Under the pieces are notes generated by a model. The model had not been told where the DNA came from. It made no database searches and was given only the letters and a program-made list of their open reading frames with translations. Of a stretch of 64,000 nt of DNA, positions 42,665 to 57,427 are shown piece by piece (position 1 is the stretch's first letter; the number at the start of each line of letters is the position of its first letter). A program made the position numbers and the translations under genes. Origin of the DNA: Tubulanus polymorphus (lineage: Eukaryota; Animalia; Nemertea); the NCBI RefSeq assembly GCF_964204645.1, contig NC_134026.1:4177950-4241949 (forward strand), read 5' to 3'.

Positions 42665-45216
42665 ATGGCGCCCACTACAAGTACAACAAGCGATCACGAA
42701 AACAGGAACAGCGATGGATTAATTTGGACGATCGAACAAGAAATAAGTTTATTTCATGCAATGAGAAAGCATAAACCAGTTGGTAGGTATATACGATTTT
42801 ATAATATCGTAATTAATTAGTCGTGGATTGGTGGAAAGATTGAATCTTTATCAAAAGACCGTACCGGAGACGAGATCGTCGATACAAAATGGCGGCTTTT
42901 TCAACCGTAGAAAATAGTTACTGTATCTAAGAAGCTAGGCTCTTGGGCAGGGGTTAGGGTCGGGCTATGGTTTAGGGTTAGGGTTAGATTTTGCACAAAA
43001 TAGGGTAGGCAAGGTTAAGGTTATAGGTATCAAAGCAGTTCTGACAGTTGACCTTGCTCGAGTAGCTTTTTAGTTAGCTGCAGACTGTGCCACTCCTGCC
43101 AGTGGTATAGACTACGCCGGTGCTTGTGTGTTTGAATCACAGTTTTTGAGATAATTACTGAATATAGTGGATTTGCGAATGTGCAGAGGCAATCAGCGAT
43201 CTTGACTGGGACATTTGAAACCGTCTTCTATGAGTGTGGCTTTGAGCGGGACAGTCAAGAGACGTTGAGATTGACTGACTTGGTGGTCGTCACTGGTGGC
43301 TGGTGGTGGGGGTGAATCAGACTACACCACCCCCTCTCTGGCTCAGTTGCAGGAGCTTTTCACATAAGGTTGCCCGGTCTCCACTGGCTAACTTTAACCA
43401 ATTTTTTTAGAAAATGGCCCCATCGAAAATAGGCTGAGACTTAACTCCATTGTACCAATCGATTCAATAATTCTCTATATGCTTAGGCAGTGAACATTTT
43501 TGCTGACCCGGTCATTATCCCTGTTAGCCTACGTTGTTACACCCATAACATGTTTTTTAGATAGGCCTATTTCATTCGAGGAAGTGAGGAAAAGACTTAG
43601 GCCTTAGAGAAAAAAGTGCAGAAAATGTATGATTCGAACCTGGGCCAGTATATTACCGGCATAGCATCTACCCACTAGACGACTGAGGCTTGTTGCAATC
43701 CAATGTTTTACTATAGCCCTAAAATGAACCGTAAACCCTAACCCCCTAGACCCTTCTCCCTATCCTAACCCATAACCTAATTGTATTTACAGTATATATT
43801 ATCTATAAGATAATTTAGAGGTAGCATCAACAGGATGTTGCTTTTATTCAATGAATCTGTTATTTTTGTTTAATAGGTGTAACCCGTCACTTTCAAATGG
43901 CTTGTCTCCATGATAAAATGAACCACAGCGTTGTTAACAATAAAACCATATCTACCAAAGATATTTGGAGTCATTTACGAAAAATGTATGATTTAGCGGC
44001 ATTGGTAAGTCACGCGGTAAAATATGTTCTCTCGGTCTATTTCATTTTAGCTAAAGATAACATAAGAAACAATAGATCTGCAAGCATTTATATAGTGCTG
44101 TGTTATTTTTTTAGAATGAATCAGAAATCACTCCATTTCCGAATAAGCAAGTAGACTTCGCCCTTCCTAGTACTGAATTTGGTAATTTAATGCGAGTGAA
44201 AGGTGACAATAATGCTCAGAATATTCAAGATAGTAAGTATTTTCTCTTTTCAATGTTGTGTTTGGTTGTATATTTAGGGCAGCATCAGCTGTAACAACAG
44301 TAAAGCAATAAGGAATTGATTTTCATGTACGTTGAAGGCCATTTATTTAGTAAGGATCATTAGACCATTGAAATGAATCCGGTTCCATTAGATTTCTGTA
44401 TTCAAAATCATTCACATACCATAAACTGTATAGGTATAAGAATGGGATTCGTTAAATGAGCATATTATAGGCTATATGAGATTGCCCCCGAAATAAGCCT
44501 GTCTACTACACCATTTCGCTGATCTAAAGTGCCGCTACTATTTGACAGTTAATTCTTCTTTTTTGTTGAGACCTCCATTCACTGGCTTTCTGGTGAATCA
44601 TCGAATATACAATCAAACTTGTTGTCTTTTAAAGTTTCTTTTGTGCTAATTTGGTATGGATCAGACCACTAAATAAATCTGATATTGAAAATGAGTGTGA
44701 CAAAATAGTTCAAAATTTCAAATTGATTTTTCTTAGTTTCCATAGTCCATATTCGACACTTTGCCAGAAATTCCGCGAATTACTTGACAAAATTCTTTCA
44801 AAACCAGAATAGGTTCTAGTTATTTCTTTATGAATTGCTATATTTCTTATCAAAGAAGCTTGGGCCTGTTACTCCGGCCTGAGTCCCATTAGTGGTGAAA
44901 ACTACGGGTCTGCGTGACGCGATACTAGCTAATTCGTAGGAACTTAAAAGAAGCACCTTTTGTAATTTCGATATTAAATCAAGTGAATGCTTTTTCAGCT
45001 GCGGGAAAGATGGATAAAAGTGACAAACCGGCCAAAAGTGTCATCGAAAAATACGAAAAACTTTCGAAATCGTCGTCAAAATCGTCGCTTTCAACATCGG
45101 TAAAAACGAGTACGCCGGACAATTCACCGAAGCGCAAACGAACGCGTCAGACTCCGAACCCAAGTCCTGCCGTCGGTAAAGATGAACCGACTCCTAAACG
45201 TTTGAGACGGACTTGA
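42665..45216 (+). CDS. MRGBP: MRG/MORF4L-binding protein (Eaf7 family, NuA4/TIP60 subunit), 4 exons
   Basis: Exons 42665-42782 (WTIEQEISLFHAMRKHKPVG), 43877-44004 (VTRHFQMACL..IWSHLRKMYDLAAL), 44115-44232 (ESEITPFPN..DFALP) and 44999-45216 (basic tail SPKRKRTR). Phases are consistent. Confidence 0.92.
43628..43686 (-). mobile_element. tRNA-like SINE head fragment
   Basis: Minus strand: A-box-like GTCGTCTAGTGG and B-box GGTTCGAATC at tRNA-like spacing; I could not fold a full cloverleaf. Confidence 0.45.
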
Positions 45217-46290
45217 ACAACACCAGTGTGAATGCAATAACATTACTATGACATTTTATGCGCATTTGTTTACTTATCATAATGATTGATTTATGTACAT
45301 ATATATACTAGGGACGATCGAAGATCAATAATAAAAGTCACTTAAACTTCAATCAATTTTGGTTGTTATTAGTTGAGTTTTATTTCCTTGAATGAATTAT
45401 ATGACTGGATCTTTGGCCTGCTATTTACAATTTGTGCTGGTAATTTGAAGTTTGTGAATTGTAACCTTGTTGATTTTATCGGTCACCCTGTAAAAGAATC
45501 TGGTAGAATTTTTTCTCTGTTCCTTTTTAATGAGTAACGCTGTCACTTGCCTAGAATAAACTTGTCAGCTTTTTTTCTGTCCAACCAATGCTGATTTCTC
45601 ATAGTCCCCGGATTGGATTTATTTCAAAACAGGTTTAGAATGTAGTCTATATTTACTCTAAATATTAAATTTTCTGTAAAACCTGCCTGTCAATTGTCAT
45701 CTTTGAAAGACAAAAATGCTTATACTTAGATGCATATACTTAAAAATATATTGAAAATCACCAAATATTCTACCTAAATATTGTCTAATGGAACAATGAT
45801 AGACGTGAAGATTATCCAGTTATATGTAAAGTTCTTGTTCTGCTTGAATTAACGCGCAGTAACTTAACATTGACAGACAGATTATTCCTTTGCTTTGTGC
45901 AACAGTAGAATTAGTAACCTCGTAGAAATTACTGCAATTATAATAAAAGACTGGCGGGCGGGCTTTGTAAAAGCTTGAGTTTTGTTATGGTAATAACTAT
46001 GTTTCTCTTGAATAGAATGTGTTACCTATAGCAGTAAAATAAAGCACTGGTTACTAAACAGATTGAAGTCTGTATGTAGAGTGTACATTTCTCATTTCTA
46101 CTGTCCGAAGCAATTAGATTAATAAGTGGTGACGACGAAGCATAGCCTGCAACTTTCAGTTCAGTGTAGTCCGGATAACTACTGGGAACAGTCCACTGTT
46201 CATTTATGTAATGGGGAAGTATCGTGATTATTAAATGGATTGATTTTGTTGATGTCAACGTACGGTTTCCAATAGACAGACTTTGGAAAA

Positions 46291-49200
46291 ATGAAGACGC
46301 AACAATCGTCAACGCAGTGTCGTGTCATCAAAGTTTTCATAGGTAAATTACATGTAGTATTAAAATTTGTTAATTTTCACTTGGATATGGGATTGTAGAT
46401 ACAATGTAAAACTGTCTAAGAAACCTGAACTTCGAAATTACTGCTCAATATTTTTCAGACTACATTTAGTCAGACATCTTAATAACTCTGGCAAATTAAT
46501 GCTAAGAATGAAATACAAACAAATTATATTAGATATTCTATTGACAGAACTTGAACTTGAACTTGAACAGCGCTGCCAACTGATCCCAATTTCAGAGATT
46601 CTATGTGGTTTAGCTTTCCTGGTTGTGTATTTTGTGGTACTGAATGTGAATCAGTGTCCCTTATCTTGTGTTCTTACTAGGTATAGTTATCATCCCAGTT
46701 ATTCAAATGCTCATGTTGGCAGCTTTAACAATGACATTTTTCCTTTAGTATCCATGAATACAAAATCGAACTTGGAATAGAATTCACATACAATGTGCAA
46801 TTACGTACTAGCATCCTTAAGTTCTTGGTTAATGCTTCAGGAGATCCCTGATGTCATTAACAATATTCAGTTTATAATGTCCAATGTGTTACCACAATCC
46901 AAATGGGTTCTTATTGATGTGTTTTTATTGATGTGAATGGTCATTACAACTAAATGTAATGAAAGTCTTTGTGCAAACTTTTCGACCATCCATTAACAGT
47001 GGACATTCATTAAACTTGAATAGCCTTAATTCATGAGCAAATAATTACATGTGCATTTTCATTCAGATATTCTCCTATCCAATAGTTGAAAGAAGATTGA
47101 AATACTTGATATAAACTCCTTGTCGGTTGAAACATATTGTCAATTAGAATATATATGTTTGAAATTCTGCTTGTATTTTGTTTTCTACTTGTAAATGCAC
47201 TTATCTGCTCCCTATTTTTGCTATTTCAGATCCACCAGATATCGAATTAGAAGATTTTGTAAGTAAACCCTCTATTGATAAGATATGTTTTACCCGAGAC
47301 AAAGCCAAAATAACACTGCCTAGAGCTTGATAATTCATACAGTCTTCACACAATGCAATCTAGTGTGTGCTTCAATAGTGGATAGTAATGTCTTCAGAAT
47401 TTATTACATTTTTAAAGTGTATTACATTGTGCTCGTGTGAGAGTAAATGAGCAGGCTATTATTTCTACCAAAAGTGCCGTATAATATTTTATGTTTATCA
47501 GACTGCAGGTGAATGTATTTTGTTTGGCCGTGTTAAACATTACCGGGGAATCATAAACGCGCAGTCACCATAGAGCGACACTGAGCAATAAAATATTTGT
47601 TCTTAGTGCTATCTGAACATATCAACTGCTTGTAATTCAATCCCTTACGGGAGTATTCTAGTAAACGGTGATTGCCATTTCGGAGTTAACGTTCTTATTG
47701 TGCACACAGATATATAACAAAGAGAGGAAAAAATGCTGTCTAGCTGATTACCGTAGATTTATTTAAAAATGACTTTTCGTATTTGTGAAATAGAAAAACG
47801 GCTGGTATGTATGATAGCATATAAAACATGGGTCATTCATTAGCATCCTTTTAGTTTAGTCTAGTTTTAATATACATGAATTGATATATACCATCATAAA
47901 TAGTGTATATAGTGCAATTTATTAAGTAAGTATTAATTAAGCATTAAATTACTGAGCGATTCATTATTGAGCTATGTATAAGCAAATGTAAGCAGTGTGA
48001 CTGGCATGAATTAATGGACCGTGATGTACCCAGATACACCTGAATCTTCTAATACCGGTACTTGTTCCTGTATCGGGCAATTAAGGTGGATAAATATTAT
48101 TTTACACGACTTCACAGTTGCTTGGCTACTGAAACGAAAGTCGAAGACTGCGGAAGTCTATTATTGACTGTATCCGTGCTTATCAGTTCATTACTGAAAT
48201 CTATACTTTCCGTAGTTCATAGCTAGTAATTGAAGACGGAATTGCCTTTCTAATAGGATAAATAGAAATCCTATAGTTACTATGACATCGTGATCATTTG
48301 AGATCATGTTTTCTGGTGGAGACATCAATGAATATGCATGAACGGTTTTATGTCGCCAGTGCACAGGCTGCTGTCATGGCAACATTGTTTTCTCGATCAG
48401 CGATTAATAAACTATGGTTTATAATGATGAAGTCCTGTACCTTAATAAAGCAATAGCTTATTGAAAGCTGGGTATTATCAGCGATGCATTTCATTCCTAA
48501 GTAATCTATTATTATGCCTCGCCCTGTTGTCATCGTGGTATTGAAAGTTATTATATCTTATTAGGGGTACGAAGACTTCATTGTCTATACGCAGTATGTA
48601 AACTCTCAATGATACTTAGTTTGTCGAAATTGGTTCATACGCACCTGATATATCCAATTAGTTTAACTAATTCCCAATCAGAAATATGAATTCTTGAAAT
48701 TAAATTCATCTTAATTTTACAGGAAGATGCCCTCGCAACTGATGAATTATTCGTTGAATACTTCAACTATTACCTATCCTTGCCGGTAAGCCCAGAACTA
48801 AAATTGATAAAAGTCATAGGAAATTACCCGTTAACGATAATGCTATATTACGAAGAACAATTTGCGGTGTAATGCTTCGATTTCAGTGTTTTCATGAGAA
48901 GCTGTTGTTCAATAAGGACACCGGGGGATTTGAGGTGGTCAACAATGCCAGGAAAGAGCTGTCCAAAAAGATCAAGACAGCTGTGAGGTCACAGAAACGT
49001 CGTAATCGAATTTACCGACCCGTAAAGAAACATAGTTATATAGACATTCCACTGATTCCTATTGAAGATGTTCCTGCTCCACCTGCTGAAGAAATTGATA
49101 CCACATTCACTGTTCAGGTATTTCTTCATGTTTATGAAATGTTTAGGTTTTCATTCTCACTCATCGTCATTTTATATCGTCAATCTTCATCCGTAAATCA

Positions 49201-52200
49201 AATGTTATTTCATAATTCTTCGTCATAGGCTTTGAATAAGGAACAGGGAATAGAATGGATCAAGAAAGAAAGGTTGCCATCATTCCTGGAAAGTGACTGC
49301 TATATGGAGTACCGTCTAGCCAAACTCGTGTCTCAATCCAAACTATATGGCAAAAATGGAGAAATAGTGACGATGAGAATTCATGACATTCCCCGTCCAA
49401 GAAAACCACGTAATAGCGAAATTGAGGCGAAGCGTGAAGCTTCAGAACGTGAAAAATTAATCAAGGACTGTTATGTTTCAATGGGTAATGCTTCCTCCAC
49501 TGAAACTGAAGTGTGGGTTTCTCAAGCAAGATTACAGCAGAAGTCATATACAATTACAACCTCTTCTATCAGGCCCAGCAGTGCTGTACAGCCATCAGCC
49601 TTCCGTCGAGTGAACAGCGCTAGACCAAAAAGTGCCTTTTCTTTAGTTGAAAGTTCACGTGATAGTGGCTACAGCAGTCCGACAAAAAGTCTCATGGGAA
49701 GTTATGCTACAATGGGAAGCAGAAGTCTATCAGATATGAGTGAAGAAATGTCTTCGAGTCGGGTGTTTGAACAGGTGAAACCATTGACCCCTCGGCCTTC
49801 GGAAACAGTTTGTGTAACGGCAGAAGATGATATTTCTGCACAGGCCAACCACAGTCTAATATTCCTCGAGCCACAAAATGTTGTTGGAACTGGCGATACC
49901 GATGCAGATGATGAAGATGATGAGGAAGAAACTCTGCCAAAATTGGCGGAAGAGGAGCAAAGCAGCGATACAGAAGCTGATGCTGAAGTTGCAAATGTTA
50001 CAGCTGTGACAAACAAACCAAAATCAGTTTCTTTCGACCGGCCTGCAAAAAAGAAGGTAACCATAGCTGAACCTGAACCACAACTCGGCGAAGCAGAGCC
50101 GGAACTTGAAAGATTTGATATTACAAATGCTGATCTCAATGACCCTCACTTGTTTTTCAATATTGATGATTTGGGTGCAGTTATTGTCGGTACTGTGCTT
50201 AAATTTTCAATCTCAAAGCTTACTGGATTTGATGCGGGAACTGTAGCTAAATTAAAACAAGTAAGAACTGTTTTTCCTGATCCTAAATACAAGAATTTTA
50301 CGTACGATGACTTGGATCAATCGTCATACTGTCAGATCGACTTAGTCCAGGCTTTAAAACTTGGACGTGAGACTGTGCAGTCGAAACAGGTGTCAATTAT
50401 GAAAGGAAAAAAAGCTGATAGCGACGAAGACAGTCTACTCGATAGTGAAGAAGATTTTGAAGAAGACCAGGACTTATTCTTCAGGCGACATAAAGTAAAA
50501 CATTATGAACTGACGAATCGTAAAGGAATTCAACAGTTTGTGAAATTTCTGAAAGGCAAACTTGGAGATAGGTGCTGGAATTTCTGGATTGATATAGATA
50601 AAGCTAGATTCATGAGTACAGAAGAGGAAAAGAACCTGTAAGTTAGATAGAATAATAGTACTTCATATGTACATGTCCTGATAAAAAGTAGATAATTCAT
50701 AATATTAACTTCTTTAGGTACATGATATCAATGAGAGAAAAGTTTCATAATACTGGTTCACTGCTCGAACTTCCAAATGAGATGAAAGTATGTTTAGGAC
50801 TATGCGAACCTTCAAATTGGACAATTGAAAAGTTACTGAATGTTCAGAGTAAAATGGCAGAATCATTAGTGCTTTATTGGTAAGCTATTTTCTTGTCACA
50901 GTCAAGAAAACAAGATACTTTGAAACAAAGTAATTTGTATACGTGTACTTATCAATTCCAATTCCAGGGGTCCGCGGTTTTTGTTGAAGCAAAACTTAGA
51001 TTCGGATGAGAAAGCTAGCCAATTGGTTAAGAAGTTAGTCCAACCTAGTAAAATCGGCCATCACTCTTATCCAAACCCACCAGTTGCCACATTACTACCA
51101 CTCAGACCGAAGACATGTGCTCCCCGTATTCGCAATGGTATAGATATCACTGCCAAAAAGCCTGATGTTGTTATTACAGATGCTATTAAGGTATTTTGAT
51201 TATATTAGTTTTTTCATCATCTGGATTATTTCAAAATGATTCTATAAATTCTCCATTATCATTTCTTCAGGTGCCTTCAAATCATCAAGCGATGCCAGAT
51301 GTCCCTAAAACTGCACCCCTTACGGGTTTGAAACGTAAATATCATCCATCTTCATTGGACTTTGCTAGAAACTGGATTCCGGGACAAAAGCCTCAGCCTC
51401 CTAAAACAGAAGCAATGAAGAAGAAACCATTCGACGATGAGAGAAGTTTAATCTCGCCAGCATTAAGAAGTGATGCTGGTACAATTCCTGCTTACACCCC
51501 GTCACTTCGGCCATCAAGTGCCTATAGGTAGATTGTGGTCAAATTTCTCCCGTTTTGAGAGCTCATCTTTTTAAAGTATCTGTCTAACATTTGATTATAG
51601 GATATGTCAATTTTTTGTGGAACATTAACACGGTACAATATCATAAAATGATTATTGATGTTAAAAAAATTTCAGTGCTTCGGTGTCTCAGAAAGGCAGA
51701 TTTACGAACCAAGATTATGAAACACAATCTTCGCGCAGGAAAAACTCAGGGGTGCCAAGTCATCACAGTAGCCGTCCGTCATCAGCGCCATCACATCCGT
51801 CCAAAGAACCGACCCAGGAAAGTTCCGTTTTCTTCGGCGGTGTAAGGCTGGAAGCTATGTTGCAAGCATTAGGAAATGAAGGAAAATCTGGTGCTTTTTT
51901 CAAGAAATATGTCTCTGCAACTGGAAATCAGGTAGAATAGAATGTTTTGTATTCTCTCAGAGGACATGAACGATGTAAAATTTGAATTTGTCACTGTCGG
52001 TCCACGTTTATTTGAATGTGGTCTATTGTCTGACTTCATTAGATATGGTGTAATTGTCTGGATTTCTGGAACGAGCTCCAGAATTATCATCAGATGTTTT
52101 ACCATGATGTCATCGACCAATTCCACCTCGAAAAAAAATCTCAGGTATTGTAACCGATGAAATGGTTCAAAACATGATTAGGGTTGCCACTTACCTGGAA

Positions 52201-55200
52201 ATCAGGGAAAGGTCAGGGAATTTTGTAAAATAGCTTAAAAATTCAGGGAAATTCGTTGAGATTGCCGTATCGCATGTAAAATCAAACAGTTTCCATCCAT
52301 GTTTTATGTATTTGATTGTGTTAATTGATTGGATTCTTAGCAGATTGAGTCAGGGAAAAACAATGTACGTGTCGGGGAATAGTCGGGAAAAAGTCAAATC
52401 AAAGTGCCCTCCCTGATGAAAATGTACTAAAAACTATATCAGAGATTGAAGGGTTATCAAACTTGGCTGCTGGACTATGAAAACTCCATATCTGTAATTT
52501 TTGTCTTTTTTCCTATCATAGGCAATATATTCCCGATATGTGGTGGATGGAGCCGACCGTCCAATAAATTGTGATCCAGATGTTAAAAAAGACATTGCTC
52601 AACAAATTCTCCCTCCATACGAGGAACTTTTTGACCGCGCGGAAGAATATGTGCTCACTGTTTTACATGAAGCTTGGCAGCAGATAAATTCAGTTGATTC
52701 GGCTACATTTGAAAAGGTAATATTCTAACAGTCTATTGAATTCTGTGTTGATTTCTGGTGCTACAAAGAAGATAAAGTTATTAGGAAACATTCTTATCCC
52801 GTCATTTTTAGATTGAATTGATTGAAATCAAACGACATTTGGAAACCAAAAACAAGTATGTCCTGAACCTTCAGCGAAGTGGCCTTATACGACAGGTATG
52901 AAAATACATATGACTTGGAATTAATGATGTAGAACTATATGATTAAATGGGTTAATGAATTCTTTTTGATTTGATTTCCTATAGAGAAGCATCACTCCTG
53001 AAGATCCGATGGAAGGTTATGAAGACCCTGTGTATGATCCAAGTTTGTTTGACAGGATCCCCCCTGAATTTCATGAATTCACACTCGATAAACTTGTCTA
53101 CAATCGCATTGAGTTGGAACATTTCCGTCAATTCCTGGCCGAGAATTACGCAAGCATGGATCTCATGTGCTGGATGGACATCGAAGCATTTCGAAGGATT
53201 CCCCACACCGAGGAATTGCGCCGGGATGCTAAAGCTAAAGATATTCGTGCCAAATATTTGACGAAGAAATATTTCTTCGGACCAAACAGCCCTGCTGGGA
53301 AAGCTGGTCAAGAGAAGGTATGTTGTGATGTTCTACTCATTATTGGTAGTTTGTTGTCGGCTGATAGTTTGTTGGTATTTATTTGGCTTTTCATGTTTCA
53401 AGTGTGCTTAATCCGTGAGAAATTACAAATTTGAACATTTTCATGTAGGTCATGGCAGCTGGTGGTGGATGGGGAAAATTGTTACAAGAGCGTCCCCCTA
53501 CTCAAGTAATGCTTGATACTCAGAAGTATGTCGGAATGAGATTAGAAAAGAAATGGTTACCATTGTTCCTCATTACGGAGGAATTTGCCGAACGCCAGAA
53601 GCCATCGGTTGGAATGGATGATGTCGTAGATGATGTTTTACTTCAACGCAAGAAGAAATCTGCTGCGGTTATGAAGGTAGATACTTCAATCTTGAGAGAA
53701 TGGTTTGAAATGTATTTAGATGTGAATTTATAAGCGAAATTCATTATTTCAGATGCTTGAAAGTAAGTGGGTGTCTTCATCTAAGGACATTATAACATTC
53801 AGGAAGGCTTTGAATAATCCGATGACGTCGCTTCAGTTCCGACGTTATGTTTCAATCAAAGGAGATTCTTTGGAAAATGATGTTCTTTTCTGGCTAGAAG
53901 TGCAGCGATACAAGGTTAGCCTATCGGATTTATTTGTTGCGAGTGAATAATACCATTTACAAGCTGTTAACATAGCATGCGTTTCGTTATTTCAGGATCT
54001 TCACCACCAACATTCTGAAGAGGTTGATATATTCACGAAAGTTAATGCCATTATCAATTGTTTCATCGATTCACAAATTCCCCCGAGTCTACAAATTGAT
54101 ATACCAGAAGAGCAAGCAGAGAAAATTCTTGATAAACGAAAGGAATGCGGCCCATACTTATTTAGAGAGGCTCAGGTTGGTATTTTCAAAAAGGTTGAGT
54201 TGGATGTAACTGTTAAGTATACATTACTAGTTTACGCGTCTATCAATATGATGAAACTCATTCTGTTTTTATTTGCAGCTGACTGTCTTCCGAATTCTAT
54301 TTGGTCACTGGAATGATTTCAGCAACTACCGCAGCAATTTGACGGCTGATAAAGTTTTGCCAACGATAGAACGTCAGCGACGGAGAGCGAAATTACGCCA
54401 GAGGGCTGAAAATAAACATCTTGAAGAACTAAAAGAAAAGGTGAAGTAACAGTTGTATTTTCTTGTGTTGAATTCAATTGTATCGCTGTTGGATAGGTCT
54501 GATTCATTGAAATTTGTGTTCTACCCTAGTTCATATATCCGGAGAATTTAGATTTCATACATTTTCTCTACACAGGAAGAGCTTGAGCGAGCTCGGAAAG
54601 AAAGGGATGAAGATACATTTGCGGATCCATTTGGTGAGGACAGAGAAGATGAAGGTGATAAGTCTGGCAAAGAAAAACTGTCTTGGACATATTCTCAGTA
54701 CCTGCAAGCTTTGGATCAGGAAGAAACATTGAATAATGTCGATGAGAGCACTTTCAGTACAGTATCGGAGCAAATGCAAATTGCAGGTTTGCACAAATTT
54801 GAGAAACCTACAGAAATTATGAGAACTTTGTATGGATGTTACCAATAATTGGTTTGTCTTTCAGCATCTGTGAAGAGCAGTCAAGTTGACCAAATGTCAT
54901 CAGTGATTAATGAAAAGAAGAACAGGTAGACAACATACACATAGACAATGAATTATCGTTACTACCGTAAACCTTGCATAAGTCGGATCTTTTGGAATCG
55001 AGAAAATTCCTCCAACTTAGAAAAAGTCCCACTTTGAATAAATCGGATTTATTTCCAGCCTTTTTTAGAAAACTACGACTTGAGAATTTAATATCTGTCA
55101 ACGGAAAAGTTGAATCAACATCTACGAGAAATGACTTAAAGACACGGAAATATTTCGGGTTTATTTTTCTGTTCTAATATACTAACTACAACTAAAATAA

Positions 55201-55761
55201 CGAATGATGATATTTATTGTCGATTTCAAGTCAGGGTTTGAACAGGGAAGATATCAAACTGCAAAGGGAAGAAAATGGCACGCCAATTTCCGGTGAGGGA
55301 TTTAAACTGATCTTTTATTTTGGGACCATGAAAAGTACTACGAGGCGAATTTCCAACTTCCTGAAAATCCGACTTTGGAATCTAAATTTCTTTGAAGAAA
55401 ATTAGGAAAAATCGGTAACATTCATCCGATATAAGTGCTTATCCGATTTCGCCGAATGACTTACCTACGCAAGGTTTACTATACTAGTGTCTGTAATAGA
55501 TATATCGATAATTGATATGATTGATAAATCAGATTTTCTCTTTACAGTCGAGGTTTGACATCGCCAAGTGGTAGCAAACGATCAAGTGTACATACTGGTG
55601 TGTACAACTCTAGATTATGACTATATAATCTCTATATTGAATTATTTTCATATAGATTGTCATTTTGTTGATAATAAAGTTGAATTATTTTCTTATAAAT
55701 TGTCATTTTAGCCAGAAGATCAAGCACATCGAGAAAACTATCCGGCCCTCTTCAAGCATAG
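46291..55761 (+). CDS. RGS22: Regulator of G-protein signaling 22-like, more than 20 exons
   Basis: N-terminus DPPDIELEDF|EDALATDELFVEYFNYYLSLP|CFHEKLLFNKDTGGFEV and EQGIEWIKKERLPSFLESDCYMEYRLAKL match the RGS22 pattern. Several RGS-like domains (FWIDIDK, MDLMCWMDIEAFR..KYFFGPNSPA, ENDVLFWLEVQRYK). First exon (46291-46342) and final stop (55761, or 55620 if unspliced) are tentative. Confidence 0.85.
52180..52414. mobile_element. Degenerate hAT-like MITE in an RGS22 intron
   Basis: TAGGGTTGCCACTT ... AAGTGCCCTCCCTG with repeated TCAGGGAA subterminal motifs. No clean 8-bp TSD. Confidence 0.55.
54965..55481. mobile_element. Tc1/mariner-pogo-like MITE in an RGS22 intron
   Basis: TA|CCGTAAACCTTGCATAAG ... 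CCTACGCAAGGTTTACTA|TA. Internal TCGGAT/ATCCGA repeats are inverted between the two halves. Confidence 0.65.
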
Positions 55762-57401
55762 ATGTCTAAAACCTTGTGCCATTGACATACATGTAATTAG
55801 TGGAGCGACAAATCTTTATTGGTACATGCACTTGTAAATGTCATTTGTGCATGTCACTGTACATAACCATATAAAAGCTATCCGTCCTTAGTAACCGGAT
55901 GTTTTGATAATTGATACCAGCTTATCTTTCCATGTTGATTGCCAACTTAAGATATGTATCATTGTGTAACATCTACAGTTTAACTTATAAACTATGTAAT
56001 TTCTGTAATTTTCTATTCTGTTCAAAGCCATAAAGCAACCTGTGATAGATTCTCTTGTAACTTGGATTTACTCAGAACTTTTCTTAAAATATATCTAGAA
56101 ATTTATTTATACATCCTACACTGGTCTTTTTTGTTCATTTAATTTTACATAAACATCTACAGGACATCGTGGACATAGAGTCTGTTATAGAATCCCATCT
56201 GCCAAAACTGCACGAAAAAGATTGCATTCGGGACAAAACGAGCTTCAACAATTCATCCATCGTCGACCTATAACTTCCCTATTAAGTGTGACAAAAAGGA
56301 TCCCTGGTTAGTCAATGCGTGCATCAGGAATTCGCCCCACTTTGCAAAGCAAAACCTTCTGCTTTGGGTTACGGTAGGTTTTCCATAGTAGGGGTTCTCC
56401 AGCTGTGTGGAATTTACAGGTTTAGGCGACCACTTGCAGACGACAAACAACAAATAAAAGGGCAGGGCGAATACAGACCATGTCGCCCTGCGACTGATAG
56501 ATTGATTGATTTATACTGGTATTTCCAATTCTGATAGAATGAAATTGAATAAGATAAAATAGGTTCATATGCTTCATGTGTTTATTGGTTTATATAATGT
56601 AAAGGCAAAAGGATTCATACAATATATACAACAATAAATAATCTGCACAGAATATACACATAATAGGTATAATATAATATATGATATAATGTCAAATCAT
56701 CAGAAAATATATATGTATATATATAAGATTGTGTAAAGAATGAAGTAAATGCGTTGTCAAATGAATAGCTGGTGTTTATCTTTTAGTTTTCGCTGGCCAT
56801 CATTATGCAAAACTGTTAGGTTAGACATATGTAGACACGAAGAAAGAAAAAATCAATTTCTAACATACACATAAGAACTTCTTTAAAAATACTGCGCAGT
56901 AGATAATAGTACTGCAAAGCCCTCGAAATCTGGTTTTATTACATGGTCAATACGGCGGAGGACAAGCATCTTGATCCAATACAACATATAAGAATTTGTA
57001 AGCAAAACGACTAAGGGATGTCTGAATAAAAAGAAATTAATATATCTGCCATAATCATTGTTCAATAACCAAATCAATGTTTGTTTCGTAGGAGAGATAC
57101 AACGGAAACAAACTTATATATATATTGGCTTTAAGATACAGAAGTGTCACTACACAGTGTTAGATCAAGTGCGCAAATTTGAAACTCTTATATATATCAT
57201 CGAGGACCATCACGCGACCAGATTTATTCTAAGAACCAAGCTTAGAGCATTAAGCACAACTCTCATCGTGAGAGGACCTTCAGATTAGGAGCGAATATCG
57301 AATATTTGTCTAAGGGATTAAAATGCAGATGAAAGATTCTCGAGTATTTCGTCTTCTTCTGAACTGTGCATTGTATGTACACAAATATCTATCTAACTAT
57401 C

Positions 57402-57427
57402 TATATATATATATATATATATATATA
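57402..57427. repeat. (TA)n microsatellite
   Basis: About 13 TA units, probably within the otoferlin 3' UTR. Confidence 0.85.

Noticed and set aside
49702-50139. 145-aa Ser-rich antisense ORF
   Set aside because: It is the reverse complement of the Asp/Glu-rich RGS22 exon.
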